NCBI RefSeq assembly: GCF_013004595.1
Contig: NZ_JABEMC010000001.1
Location: forward strand, 620,001 to 684,000
Direction of reading: 5' to 3'
Source: Brevibacterium luteolum
Lineage (GTDB): Bacteria; Actinomycetota; Actinomycetes; Actinomycetales; Brevibacteriaceae
Length of the DNA stretch: 64,000 nucleotides
In this document: piece after piece, positions 9,534 through 18,811 of the stretch
How positions within the stretch are numbered: position 1 is the first letter of the stretch
Layout of the letters: every line of letters starts with the position of its first letter
Position numbers and translations under genes: made by a program
The notes under the pieces: generated by a model
Database searches by the model: none
Seen by the model: only the letters and a program-made list of their open reading frames with translations
Told to the model about the DNA's origin: nothing

Positions 9534-10735
9534 CCACCGACACTCAGCGACTGGCCTGCGTCGACCTGCTGCGCCTAGCCGAACCAGGCGATGAGATCCT
9601 CAAAGCCGGCGTTCTCGCCCTTGGTGCCGAGCGGATGCTCGCGCTCATCCGCTCCCGGCAGTCCGAGGCCGTTCCGCAGCTGCATGAGGCATGCGAAGCC
9701 GTCGGTCTGCAGGTCCCGGGAGACAAGCTGTCGACGGTTCACGAGCGGTGGCGGATGCGCCTGCCCAGCCTCAATGCCGTCCAAGAGCAGCGGATCATGG
9801 CCCGGCTCGGAGCCCGCCTCATCCATCCGGAAGATGATGAGTGGCCGACACAGCTGACTGAGCTCGGCATCCACGAGCCCCTCGCGCTGTGGGTGCGCGG
9901 ACCTGGGAACCTGCAGGAGCTGCTCACCGGTTCGATCGCACTCGTCGGAGCACGTGCCTCAACGCACTACGGTGAGCATGTCGCCGGCAGCATCGCCTAC
10001 GAACTGGCCATGCGAGGACACACCATCGTCTCCGGCGGCGCCTACGGCATCGACGCAGCCTCCCACCAGGCGGCGCTCGCCGCCGCCGAGACACCCGAGG
10101 TTGGGACGGTCGCCTTCATGGCCGGGGGAGTGGATCGCTATTATCCGCGCGGCAACGCCGACATGCTCACCCGCATCGGCACTCGGTATGCCGTCGTGTC
10201 CGAAACGGCAGCCGGACAGACGGCTATGAGGCACCGGTTCCTCCTGCGCAATCGCCTGATTGCCGCCGCTGCCCAGGCCACCATCGTGGTGGAAGCCGGT
10301 TGGCGGTCCGGTGCACTGAATACTGCCAACCGGGCAGCTGAATTGCTGCGCACGGTCGGGGCGGTGCCCGGGCCGATCACCAGCCAGGCATCCGCCGGCT
10401 GCCACCGTCTCATCCGCGAGGGCCAGGCTGTGTGCGTTACGTCAGCCGATGACATCGCCGAACTCGTCGAACCGATCGACACCACCCGCAGCGAGACCGA
10501 GCATCAGCCAGCGCTGCGGATCACTGACGAGATGACCGCAGAACAGAGCAGGACCTACAACGTGCTGCCGACCTCTCGCGGGATCGAAGCGGCGACTGCC
10601 GCCGTCCGCTCGGGTCTCGACGCCCACACCGTCATGGCGGCGCTTGCCGCACTCGAACTGTCCGGGCACGTCGAACGCGAAGCCCACGGCTGGGTGAAGA
10701 AGCGCGCAGTCGTCACCCGAGGAGCGACCGGCTGA
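9530..10735 (+). CDS. dprA: DNA processing protein DprA
   Basis: VGARAST, VSGGAYGIDAASH, FLLRNRLIAA, VEAGWRSGALNTA, GAVPG; C-terminal winged helix. Confidence 0.96.
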   Translation: MTTDTQRLACVDLLRLAEPGDEILKAGVLALGAERMLALIRSRQSEAVPQLHEACEAVGLQVPGDKLSTVHERWRMRLPSLNAVQEQRIMARLGARLIHPEDDEWPTQLTELGIHEPLALWVRGPGNLQELLTGSIALVGARASTHYGEHVAGSIAYELAMRGHTIVSGGAYGIDAASHQAALAAAETPEVGTVAFMAGGVDRYYPRGNADMLTRIGTRYAVVSETAAGQTAMRHRFLLRNRLIAAAAQATIVVEAGWRSGALNTANRAAELLRTVGAVPGPITSQASAGCHRLIREGQAVCVTSADDIAELVEPIDTTRSETEHQPALRITDEMTAEQSRTYNVLPTSRGIEAATAAVRSGLDAHTVMAALAALELSGHVEREAHGWVKKRAVVTRGATG

Positions 10736-10918
10736 CGCGGCTCGAATCCGGTGGCAGCGGTCAGCAGTCTGCCTGCAGATCAGTCGCCGGCACACGATGT
10801 CGCTCATACGACGTCATCTGGCCAGCCACTCCACGCTCAACGCTCGCGGCAGCGTCAGCTGCTCGTCGCCGGCGAGCCACCGGCTGGCCCGACAGCGTGG
10901 CTGGCTACACTGAGAAGC

Positions 10919-11926
10919 ATGTCGACTTCCCCCGACACCGAGGCACAGCTGCCCGGAGAGTACGCTGAAGCGCTCGCCGCCTTCGCCGAAGAGCTGCGTG
11001 TGCACCGAAACGCGTCTGAGCACACCGTGCGCAATTACCTCAGCGATGTGCGCACCTTGCTGACCTTCCTCATCGACGACGATGGACACCTGCCGTTGGA
11101 CGCCATTGAGCTGGGCAACTTGCGCCAATGGCTGCTCGCTCAGTCGCGCAGTGGAGCTGCGCCGGCGACCACTGCGCGGCGGATCGCAGCGGTGCGCGCC
11201 TTCTGCGCGTTCTGCACCCGCCACCAGCTCATGCGATCCAATCCCGCGCTGCGCTTGGCAAGCCCCCGCAAGGCCTCGCGGCTGCCGGCAGTCCTGCAGC
11301 AGCGCCACGTCGATGCCGTCATGCAGCACACTGAAACCGAACCCAGTGAGGTGACTGCTCGCACTGATCCCGAGGAAACCGGTGAGACCGAACGCTCCCC
11401 GAAAGACGAGGCGCTGCGGCTGCGCGATGCCGCACTGCTCGAACTGCTCTACGCCACCGGCGCACGCGTCTCAGAGATCGCGGCGCTGCACACGACGAGC
11501 ATTGACACGGATCGCAGGCTCGTCACCGTCATGGGCAAGGGCAGCAAGGAACGCCGCGTGCCCTTCGGACTGCCTGCCCAGCGTGCACTGCGGGCGTGGC
11601 TGCAGCGCGGCCGGCCAGTGTTGGAGAACGACAGGACCGCTCGTGATGCTACAGCACTCTTCCTCGGTGCCCGCGGCGGGCGCATCGATGTCCGCCAGAT
11701 CCGCTCAGTCGTCCACACAGCGACTGCCGGCCTGCCGGACTCACCGGAGCTCTCACCGCATGGGCTGCGGCACTCGGCGGCCACCCACATGATCGAAAAC
11801 GGTGCTGACCTGCGCGAGGTGCAGGAGTTCCTCGGGCATGCCTCACTGAGCTCGACGCAGATCTACACCCACGTCTCCCTCGGACGGCTGGCCGAAAGCT
11901 ACCGGCAGGCGCACCCCCGCGCCTGA
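10919..11926 (+). CDS. xerC: Tyrosine recombinase XerC
   Basis: RDAALLELLYATGARVSE, GKGSKER, HGLRHSAATH, LGHASLSSTQIYTHV; canonical position after dprA. Confidence 0.93.
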   Translation: MSTSPDTEAQLPGEYAEALAAFAEELRVHRNASEHTVRNYLSDVRTLLTFLIDDDGHLPLDAIELGNLRQWLLAQSRSGAAPATTARRIAAVRAFCAFCTRHQLMRSNPALRLASPRKASRLPAVLQQRHVDAVMQHTETEPSEVTARTDPEETGETERSPKDEALRLRDAALLELLYATGARVSEIAALHTTSIDTDRRLVTVMGKGSKERRVPFGLPAQRALRAWLQRGRPVLENDRTARDATALFLGARGGRIDVRQIRSVVHTATAGLPDSPELSPHGLRHSAATHMIENGADLREVQEFLGHASLSSTQIYTHVSLGRLAESYRQAHPRA

Positions 11927-11941
11927 ACCGGCAGCAGCTTG

Positions 11942-12610
11942 TCAGGAGCCCAGCGTGGCCTTGAGGCTTTCGTGCATCGGGGTCTCACCGTCAATGATGT
12001 CGAACTCCCGGCCGATGGTGCGGCCGTCATCGAGGATCATCGCGATGAACTCCGCGACATCCTCACGCCGTGTCGTGGCCCCACGTTCGGTCCCGGTGGC
12101 GATGTCGAGGCAGCCGGTGCCAGGCTCATCGAGCAGCCGGCCCGGCTTGACGATCGTCCAGTCCAGGCCGCTGGCGCGCAGAGCATTGTCAGCCTCGCGC
12201 TTGGCATCCCAATAGGCGGCGAAGACCTCTTCGGTGCCTTCCGGCGTCGGACCGCCGGCGCCGATGAACGAGATCTGCACGAACCGGTCGATGCCTGCCG
12301 CGGCGGCTGCCTGCATCGCCGCGATCGAGGCGGCCAGGTCGACGGTGTACTTGCGGAAGATGCCAGAACCGCCACCGGCTCCGGCGGCGAAGATGACGGC
12401 ATCGGCATTGCCGAACGCCTCCACCAGCTCAGCCTGCGAGGCCTTCTCCAGGTCGCAGACAACCGGCACAGCGCCGAGCTCTTCAAGTTCAGCAGCGTGC
12501 TCCGGGTTGCGGATGATCGAGCGGACTTCCATATCCGGGGTGACAATTTCAGTGAGGTGACGGGCGATCTTTCCGTGGCCGCCGACGACGGCGATGCTGT
12601 GAATGCTCAT
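11942..12610 (-). CDS. NAD(P)H-binding atypical SDR oxidoreductase
   Basis: IAVVGGHGKIA, FAAGAGG, YWDAK, WTIVKPG, RREDVA. Confidence 0.9.
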   Translation of the reverse strand: MSIHSIAVVGGHGKIARHLTEIVTPDMEVRSIIRNPEHAAELEELGAVPVVCDLEKASQAELVEAFGNADAVIFAAGAGGGSGIFRKYTVDLAASIAAMQAAAAAGIDRFVQISFIGAGGPTPEGTEEVFAAYWDAKREADNALRASGLDWTIVKPGRLLDEPGTGCLDIATGTERGATTRREDVAEFIAMILDDGRTIGREFDIIDGETPMHESLKATLGS

Positions 12611-12618
12611 GCCAGCCA

Positions 12619-12645
12619 CAACGACACACACCAGGCAGCTATTCC
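12619..12645 (-). promoter_or_regulatory. SigH/SigR-type ECF promoter (GGAAT-N18-GTT)
   Basis: Minus strand GGAAT agctgcctggtgtgtgtc GTTG, about 8 nt before ATG 12610. Confidence 0.65.
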
Positions 12646-12681
12646 AGTTCTGACACGGCAGGGCAGTGGGTGGCAGCGACC

Positions 12682-13770
12682 CTAGTGCCGTCCCTTGTAC
12701 TCCCAATGCCACGCTTCCGGCAGCGACCCGGACTGCCGGGCCCAGCTCGGGTGCACCCAGCCGAAGCGCGGGGCGTTGGAGCGCATCCACTCATGCTGCA
12801 CAGTCCCGAATCGGTTGATCCCACCACCGAGGTCGACTGCCAGGCCCCAGCCGTGATTCGACTTGCCGGGCGTGGCGGCCATCCGGCCCTTGCGCCTTTT
12901 GAGGATCACCTGTGTCTGATAGTCCCGGTACGAGTCCGTCACCGAAATCAGCTGGCCGAAGCGCTGCCGGTAGGCATCGCTGAGCTCATCGAACGACCGC
13001 GCCGCGTCACAGCGCAGCCGATGCCCAGCGGCACGATCCAGCGGGCACAGCGCAACGGCTGGGATCCGGCCGTTTGAATGCCCTCCCCACGCACCAGCAC
13101 CCGAGGTGCCGTCATCACCGGAAGCCTCCGGCATCTCCTCAGGGGCCTGCGCCTCAGGCAGCAGGATCGAGAAGTCCTGCGAGAAGAACGCAGCCGGATT
13201 CAGATAGTCCTTCGGCTTGCCGCTCGCCCACACCCCAACGTGCACGCACCCGTCATCACAATGACTCGGATCAGCAACTGTGCCGACCGGATGACCAGCC
13301 CACACCTCATCACCGGCTGTCAGATCCGTCTCGACCGGTTCGAACGACACGATGTGCCTACCGACATCCAGACTGAGCACCGGACGCCCGGCCACACTGC
13401 CAGCGAAGTGCACCGTTCCTGACCGCGGGGCGCGGATCGACTCACCCGGCAGCACCGCGACATCGATGCCGCGGTGGCCTGACTGCCAGTTCTGCTTCGG
13501 CTTGTCGAAGGCACGCACCACCTCAAACCCGGGCACCGGAGTCACCCAGTCACCGGAATCGGCTGCAGCTTCCGCCGCCTGTGCCGCCGCCGGGGCGATG
13601 ATGACCACGGGCCGGCCGAACCTGTCAGGATCACCGGCCTGCTCTGCCGGCAGCCCGGCCGGCACGGCCACAACCCCGGCGAGGATCCCGCACACGGCGA
13701 TCCACCCCAGCTGCTGCAGTCTGGCCCTGATCCCGGTGCGCTCACGTCCACTCATGCCCTCCACACTCAT
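12682..13770 (-). CDS. Secreted M23 peptidase fused to an M15B (VanY-like) DD-carboxypeptidase domain
   Basis: Signal/TM segment; HRGID and CVHVG (M23); SYR, SNHGWGLAVD, EAWHW (M15B); start uncertain (13770 or 13755). Confidence 0.85.
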   Translation of the reverse strand: MSVEGMSGRERTGIRARLQQLGWIAVCGILAGVVAVPAGLPAEQAGDPDRFGRPVVIIAPAAAQAAEAAADSGDWVTPVPGFEVVRAFDKPKQNWQSGHRGIDVAVLPGESIRAPRSGTVHFAGSVAGRPVLSLDVGRHIVSFEPVETDLTAGDEVWAGHPVGTVADPSHCDDGCVHVGVWASGKPKDYLNPAAFFSQDFSILLPEAQAPEEMPEASGDDGTSGAGAWGGHSNGRIPAVALCPLDRAAGHRLRCDAARSFDELSDAYRQRFGQLISVTDSYRDYQTQVILKRRKGRMAATPGKSNHGWGLAVDLGGGINRFGTVQHEWMRSNAPRFGWVHPSWARQSGSLPEAWHWEYKGRH

Positions 13771-13984
13771 GCCGCGCACACACCCAGCCCACACCTCGGG
13801 CACGGCTGTGGAGGACGCCTCGCCATCCCCAGCACTCCTGGCACGCACGCCGGGACCATCCACACACCTCGGGCCCGGTGAGGGCAGGGGCGGCAGGTTT
13901 GGTCGCTGGCGGGGAAGATCGTAGACTACACATAGCAGAACTGTGTGCTCTTCAGCCCCGCGCCCGCGCGAGACTGATCAGGTG

Positions 13985-14150
13985 CAGATCTGACTACGCG
14001 CATCCGAGTACCCGCGGCGGGCCACCGGTGCAGATCCCATCCTCCGCGACACCGCACACACGTGTGCGGTGGCGTGCGGCTGAGCTGGGACTGTCGGCCC
14101 GACACGGCGGATGCCAGGCATCAACCGAATGACAATGAAAGGAGTGCGCC
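13985..14150 (+). promoter_or_regulatory. Structured rpsB-tsf 5' leader (candidate S2 autoregulatory element)
   Basis: About 200 nt leader after TAGACT (13922); GCATCCG/CGGATGC long-range complementarity; internal hairpin ACCGCACAC-GTGTGCGGT. Confidence 0.45.
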
Positions 14151-14153
14151 GGC

Positions 14154-15047
14154 ATGGCCGTCGTCACTATTCGCCAGCTGCTTGACAGCGGCGTCCACTT
14201 TGGACACCAGACCCGTCGTTGGAACCCGAAGATGAAGCGCTTCATCTTCACCGAGCGCAACGGCATCTACATCATCGACCTGCAGCAGACGCTGGGCTAC
14301 ATCGACACCGCCTTCGAATTCATCAAGGAGACGGTCGCTCACGGTGGCTCGATCATGTTCGTCGGCACCAAGAAGCAGGCCCAGGAAGCCATCGAAGAGC
14401 AGGCCAAGCGCGTCGGCCAGCCGTACGTCAACCAGCGTTGGCTCGGCGGCATGCTGACGAACTTCCAGACCATCTCCGGTCGTCTGCGCCGCCTCAAGGA
14501 GCTTGAGGAGATCGACTTCGACGACGTCGCAGGCTCGATGTACACCAAGAAGGAACTCCTCATCCTGCGCCGCGAGAAGGACAAGCTCGAGAAGACCCTC
14601 GGCGGCATCCGCGACATGCAGCGCACCCCGTCGGCCGTCTGGATCGTCGACACCAAGAAGGAGCACCTGGCCGTCGACGAGGCGAAGAAGCTGGGCATCC
14701 CGGTCATCGCCATCCTCGACACCAACTGCGACCCCGACGAAGTCGACTACCCGATCCCGGGCAACGACGACTCGATCCGCTCGGTCGCCCTGCTCACCCG
14801 CATCGTCGCCGACGCTGTGGCAGAGGGCCTCATCAAGCGCCACTCCTCGGACGAGGGCGGCGAGAAGAACATCTCGGCCGTCTCCGTCGAGCCGATGCCG
14901 GAGTGGGAGCGCGAGCTCCTCGAGGGCAAGGGCGAGGACAAGGCTGAGGAGACCGAAGCCAAGGCCGAGGAGACTGCTGAAGCCCCGGCCGAGCAGCAGA
15001 CCGAAGAGACCGCTGAGGCCGGCTCCACCGAGTCGACCGAAGCCTGA
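14154..15047 (+). CDS. rpsB: 30S ribosomal protein S2
   Basis: [37 protein letters not shown]. Confidence 0.99.
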   Translation: MAVVTIRQLLDSGVHFGHQTRRWNPKMKRFIFTERNGIYIIDLQQTLGYIDTAFEFIKETVAHGGSIMFVGTKKQAQEAIEEQAKRVGQPYVNQRWLGGMLTNFQTISGRLRRLKELEEIDFDDVAGSMYTKKELLILRREKDKLEKTLGGIRDMQRTPSAVWIVDTKKEHLAVDEAKKLGIPVIAILDTNCDPDEVDYPIPGNDDSIRSVALLTRIVADAVAEGLIKRHSSDEGGEKNISAVSVEPMPEWERELLEGKGEDKAEETEAKAEETAEAPAEQQTEETAEAGSTESTEA

Positions 15048-15098
15048 GCCGCATCCGCTCGTCTGACCCAGACCACCACGTCTCAACAAGGAGATCGC

Positions 15099-15926
15099 AT
15101 GGCAAACTACACTGCCGCTGACATCAAGGCGCTGCGCGACCGCACCGGCGCCGGCATGATGGCTGTCAAGAAGGCTCTCGACGAAGCACAGGGAGATCAG
15201 GCCAAGGCCATTGAGATCCTGCGCGTCAAGGGACTGAAGTCCGCTTCGAAGCGCGAGGACCGCTCGACCTCTGACGGTCTCGTCGCCACCCACGTCGAGA
15301 ACGGCGTCGGCACGATGATCGAGCTCAACTCGGAGACCGACTTCGTCGCCAAGTCCGACAAGTTCGGTCAGCTCGCCGACGAGGTCCTCAAGCTGGCAGT
15401 CGAGGCCAAGGCCGACAGCGCCGAGGCGCTGCTGGACTCCGAGGCCAACGGCAAGAAGGTCTCGGAATTCATCGCCGAGCAGGGCGCTGTCCTCGGTGAG
15501 AAGGTCGTGTTGCGTCGCGTCGGCCGTGTCGAAGGCAGCAAGGTCGACTCGTACCTGCACCGCACCAACCCGGACCTGCCCCCGCAGGTCGGCGTTCTCT
15601 TCGCCTACGAAGGCGATGACGACGAGGCAGCCCACGATGTCGCCGTGCACATCGCCGCTATGACCCCGACCTACTTCTCGCGTGAGGACGTCCCCGCCGA
15701 CGTCGTCGAGAAGGAGCGCAGCATCGCACTGGAGACCTCGAAGAACGAGGGCAAGCCCGAGCAGGCGATCCCGAAGATCGTCGAGGGCCGCGTTAACGCG
15801 TTCTTCAAGGACAACTGCCTGCTCGATCAGCCCTTCGCCAAGGAGCCGAAGAAGAGCGTGCAGACCATCCTCGATGAGGCCAAGGTCAAGCCGCTGGGCT
15901 TCCAGCGCTTCCGCGTCGGCAGCTGA
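15099..15926 (+). CDS. tsf: Elongation factor Ts
   Basis: LRDRTGAGMM, ELNSETDFVA, GKPEQ..KIVEG. Confidence 0.99.
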   Translation: MANYTAADIKALRDRTGAGMMAVKKALDEAQGDQAKAIEILRVKGLKSASKREDRSTSDGLVATHVENGVGTMIELNSETDFVAKSDKFGQLADEVLKLAVEAKADSAEALLDSEANGKKVSEFIAEQGAVLGEKVVLRRVGRVEGSKVDSYLHRTNPDLPPQVGVLFAYEGDDDEAAHDVAVHIAAMTPTYFSREDVPADVVEKERSIALETSKNEGKPEQAIPKIVEGRVNAFFKDNCLLDQPFAKEPKKSVQTILDEAKVKPLGFQRFRVGS

Positions 15927-15947
15927 GCGACGCACTGATCGCTGACT

Positions 15948-15983
15948 GAAGGCGGCAGTCCCCACGTGGGGCTGCCGCCTTCG
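15948..15983 (+). terminator. Intrinsic terminator hairpin after tsf
   Basis: GAAGGCGGCAG.CCCCA / TGGGGCTGCCGCCTTC inverted repeat. Confidence 0.75.
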
Positions 15984-16123
15984 GCATGTCCGCACCCCGT
16001 GCCCGAGGTGGTGGTGACCTGCCGTGCCGCAGGTGGAACCGGGGGCGTGCGGACACGTTAGACTGATCGGTGGTGTGCCCTCAGAAAGGGCCGCCAGCCT
16101 GCCGCCTGACAAGGAAGAAAGCG

Positions 16124-16885
16124 ATGTCGGAATCTCCAGTCCATTCCTCCAAGCACGACCAGATCTCCCCGGTGCGCACCGATCGCCGGCGCATCCTGCT
16201 GAAGCTCTCCGGTGAGGTGTTCGGCGGCGGCACCGTCGGCGTCGACCCCGACGTCGTGGCAGCGGTGGCCAAGGAGATCGCCACCTGTGTGCCGGAGGTC
16301 GAGATCAGCATCGTCGTCGGCGGCGGCAACTTCTTCCGCGGCGCCGAGCTCTCCCAGCGCGGCATGGACCGCACGCGCGCCGACTACATGGGCATGCTCG
16401 GCACCGTCATGAACTGCCTGGCCCTGCAGGACTTCCTCGAACAGCAGGGAGTCGACACCCGCGTGCAGTCGGCGATCCCGATGACGCAGGTCGCAGAGAC
16501 CTACATTCCGCGCCGGGCGATGCGCCACATGGAGAAGGGTCGGGTAGTCATCTTCGGCGCCGGCGCCGGACTGCCGTTCTTCTCCACCGACACGGTCGCC
16601 GCCCAGCGCGCCCTGGAGATCCGCGCCGATGAGGTCCTCATCGCCAAGAAGGGCGTCGACGGCGTCTACACCGCCGACCCGAAGACCGACCCGACTGCTG
16701 AGCGGATCGACTCGATCACCTACCAGGAGGCGCTGCAGCGCGGCCTCAAGGTCGTCGACGCCACCGCCTTCAGCCTGTGCATGGACAACGCCCTGCCGAT
16801 GCGGGTGTTCGGCATGCAGGGCGAGCACAACCTGCGCCGCGCGATCGCCGGTGAGCCGATCGGCACCACCGTGCGCGGCGCCTGA
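16124..16885 (+). CDS. pyrH: UMP kinase
   Basis: [30 protein letters not shown]. Confidence 0.98.
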   Translation: MSESPVHSSKHDQISPVRTDRRRILLKLSGEVFGGGTVGVDPDVVAAVAKEIATCVPEVEISIVVGGGNFFRGAELSQRGMDRTRADYMGMLGTVMNCLALQDFLEQQGVDTRVQSAIPMTQVAETYIPRRAMRHMEKGRVVIFGAGAGLPFFSTDTVAAQRALEIRADEVLIAKKGVDGVYTADPKTDPTAERIDSITYQEALQRGLKVVDATAFSLCMDNALPMRVFGMQGEHNLRRAIAGEPIGTTVRGA

Positions 16886-17003
16886 GCCGCCAGGCCCCCT
16901 ATCACCCTGCCCGCCTGCCGTGCTGGTGGAGGCGGAGACAATAGAATAGACCTGAGGGACGACCAGCAGTTCCGCAACCGACCGAAGAAAAGAGTGCACC
17001 GCG

Positions 17004-17558
17004 ATGCAAGCAACTCTCGCCGAAGCCGCAGAGAAGATGGACAAGACGATCGAGGCGACGAAGGACGACTTCGCCTCGGTGCGCACCGGACGCGCGAACC
17101 CCGCACTGTTCGCCCACATCGAAGTCGAGTACTACGGCACCCCGACCCCGCTGCAGCAGCTGGCGTCCTTCCAGGTGCCCGAGGCCCGCACTCTGCTCAT
17201 CACCCCCTATGACCGCACCGCCCTCGGCAACATCGAGACCGCGTTGCGCAACTCCGACATCGGCGCCAACCCGGCCAACGACGGCAACGTCATCCGCGTG
17301 GTGCTCCCGGAGCTGACCGAGGATCGCCGCAAAGAATACGTCAAGATCGTCAAGGGCTACGCCGAACAGGGCCGCGTGTCGATCCGCAACATCCGCCGCA
17401 CCGCCAAGGACGCCATCGAGAAGATGCAGAAGGACGGCGAGGTCGGTGAGGACGAAGCCAAGCGCGCCACCGGTGAGCTCGACGAGCTGACGAAGAAGAA
17501 AGTCGACTCCATCGACCGCCTCCTGGCAGCCAAGGAAGAAGAGCTGCTCGAAGTCTGA
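17004..17558 (+). CDS. frr: Ribosome recycling factor
   Basis: [31 protein letters not shown]. Confidence 0.99.
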   Translation: MQATLAEAAEKMDKTIEATKDDFASVRTGRANPALFAHIEVEYYGTPTPLQQLASFQVPEARTLLITPYDRTALGNIETALRNSDIGANPANDGNVIRVVLPELTEDRRKEYVKIVKGYAEQGRVSIRNIRRTAKDAIEKMQKDGEVGEDEAKRATGELDELTKKKVDSIDRLLAAKEEELLEV

Positions 17559-17566
17559 GCCCAGCG

Positions 17567-18811
17567 ATGGCCCAGCAACCAGTCGACGGCGAGAAGTGGG
17601 AACTCTACACCCAGGAGTTCCCGCGTCGTCGTGATGCCATAAGAGCCGAGCGGGAAGCCGCCCGGACCGGGCAGCTGCCGGTCATCCAGCCGGCGCCCAC
17701 ACCGCCGGCTCAGCGGACGGGCAACACCGCCGCCGGGGCCGAAGCGCAACGGCAGGCGACTGAAGCGCAGCGGCAGGCTGCTGATGACGCGCAGCGCGTT
17801 GAGGAACAGTCCCAGGCGACCGAGACCCAGCCGCACGCAGTGGTCGGCTCCCCGCCGGCCTCGGCCTACGGACACGGGCTGGTCACCCCGACCCCGGAGG
17901 CGGAGAAGGCCGCCGAGGCCACCAGCGCAGATACCGCGACGGCAACCGACAATGCCCCGGGATCGGCCACCGCCGCCGAACCGGAGAAGAAGGACTACGG
18001 GCGCGCCGGGCGCAATCTGCCGGCGGCCATCGCCGTCGGCGCGGTGCTCGGCGGGGGAGTGCTGGCCTCGCTGCTGTTCTACCCGCCGTCCTTCGTCGTC
18101 ATCGTGCTCATCGGCGTCATCGTGGCGATGTGGGAGCTGGCCAACGCGCTCTCACGCTCCGGCTCCGTTGTCGCCCGCGTACCGACCGTCACCGCCGCAG
18201 GCCTCATGATCCTAGCGACCTACCTGGCCGGCCGTGAGGCCCTGTGGGTGGCTTTCACCGTCGGGGCCGGAGCGATCCTGCTCTTCACACTCCTCGAACG
18301 CCGCCCCAATCCGGTCAAGGACGTCTGCTTAAGCCTCTTCGCACTCACCTATGTGGGGCTCATGGCCTCCTCGGTCGTCTTCATCCTCACCCAGCCGGAC
18401 GGCAACCTGCTCGTCATCCTCTTCCTCGCCCTCGTCATCGCCAGCGACATCGGCGGCTACACCTTCGGCGTGCTATGGGGCAAACACCCGATCGCCCCGA
18501 AGATCAGCCCGAAGAAGTCCTGGGAGGGTTACGCCGGCTCCGCCGTGTTCTCCACCGCCGTGGGCATCTGCATGGCGCTGTGGGCCTTCGACGCCCCAAT
18601 CTGGACCGGCGTCGTCCTCGGCACGATCATCCCGGCATTCGCCACCCTTGGTGACTTCTCCGAATCCATGATCAAACGCGACCTCGACCTCAAGGACATG
18701 GGCACCCTGCTGCCCGGCCACGGGGGAGTGATGGACCGCCTCGACTCGATACTCCCGACCGCCCCGGTCGCCCTCGTCCTGTTCACCTTCCTGCCTGGAT
18801 TCATCACATGA
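17567..18811 (+). CDS. cdsA: Phosphatidate cytidylyltransferase with long low-complexity N-terminal extension
   Basis: AGRNLPAAI, SDIGGY, PKISPKKSWEG, GDFSESMIKR...KDMG..LPGHGGVMDRLDS. Confidence 0.96.
   Translation: MAQQPVDGEKWELYTQEFPRRRDAIRAEREAARTGQLPVIQPAPTPPAQRTGNTAAGAEAQRQATEAQRQAADDAQRVEEQSQATETQPHAVVGSPPASAYGHGLVTPTPEAEKAAEATSADTATATDNAPGSATAAEPEKKDYGRAGRNLPAAIAVGAVLGGGVLASLLFYPPSFVVIVLIGVIVAMWELANALSRSGSVVARVPTVTAAGLMILATYLAGREALWVAFTVGAGAILLFTLLERRPNPVKDVCLSLFALTYVGLMASSVVFILTQPDGNLLVILFLALVIASDIGGYTFGVLWGKHPIAPKISPKKSWEGYAGSAVFSTAVGICMALWAFDAPIWTGVVLGTIIPAFATLGDFSESMIKRDLDLKDMGTLLPGHGGVMDRLDSILPTAPVALVLFTFLPGFIT

Noticed and set aside
10919..11926. Tyrosine recombinase as a prophage or island integrase
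   Set aside because: Canonical dprA-xerC synteny; no att repeats, tRNA or phage genes
14121..16112. 663-aa minus-strand ORF, and similar long antisense ORFs (18529-20202, 26974-28854, 31711-33828, 52380-54944, 62104-63720)
   Set aside because: Shadow ORFs opposite well-identified genes, expected from high GC3 codon bias; no recognisable motifs
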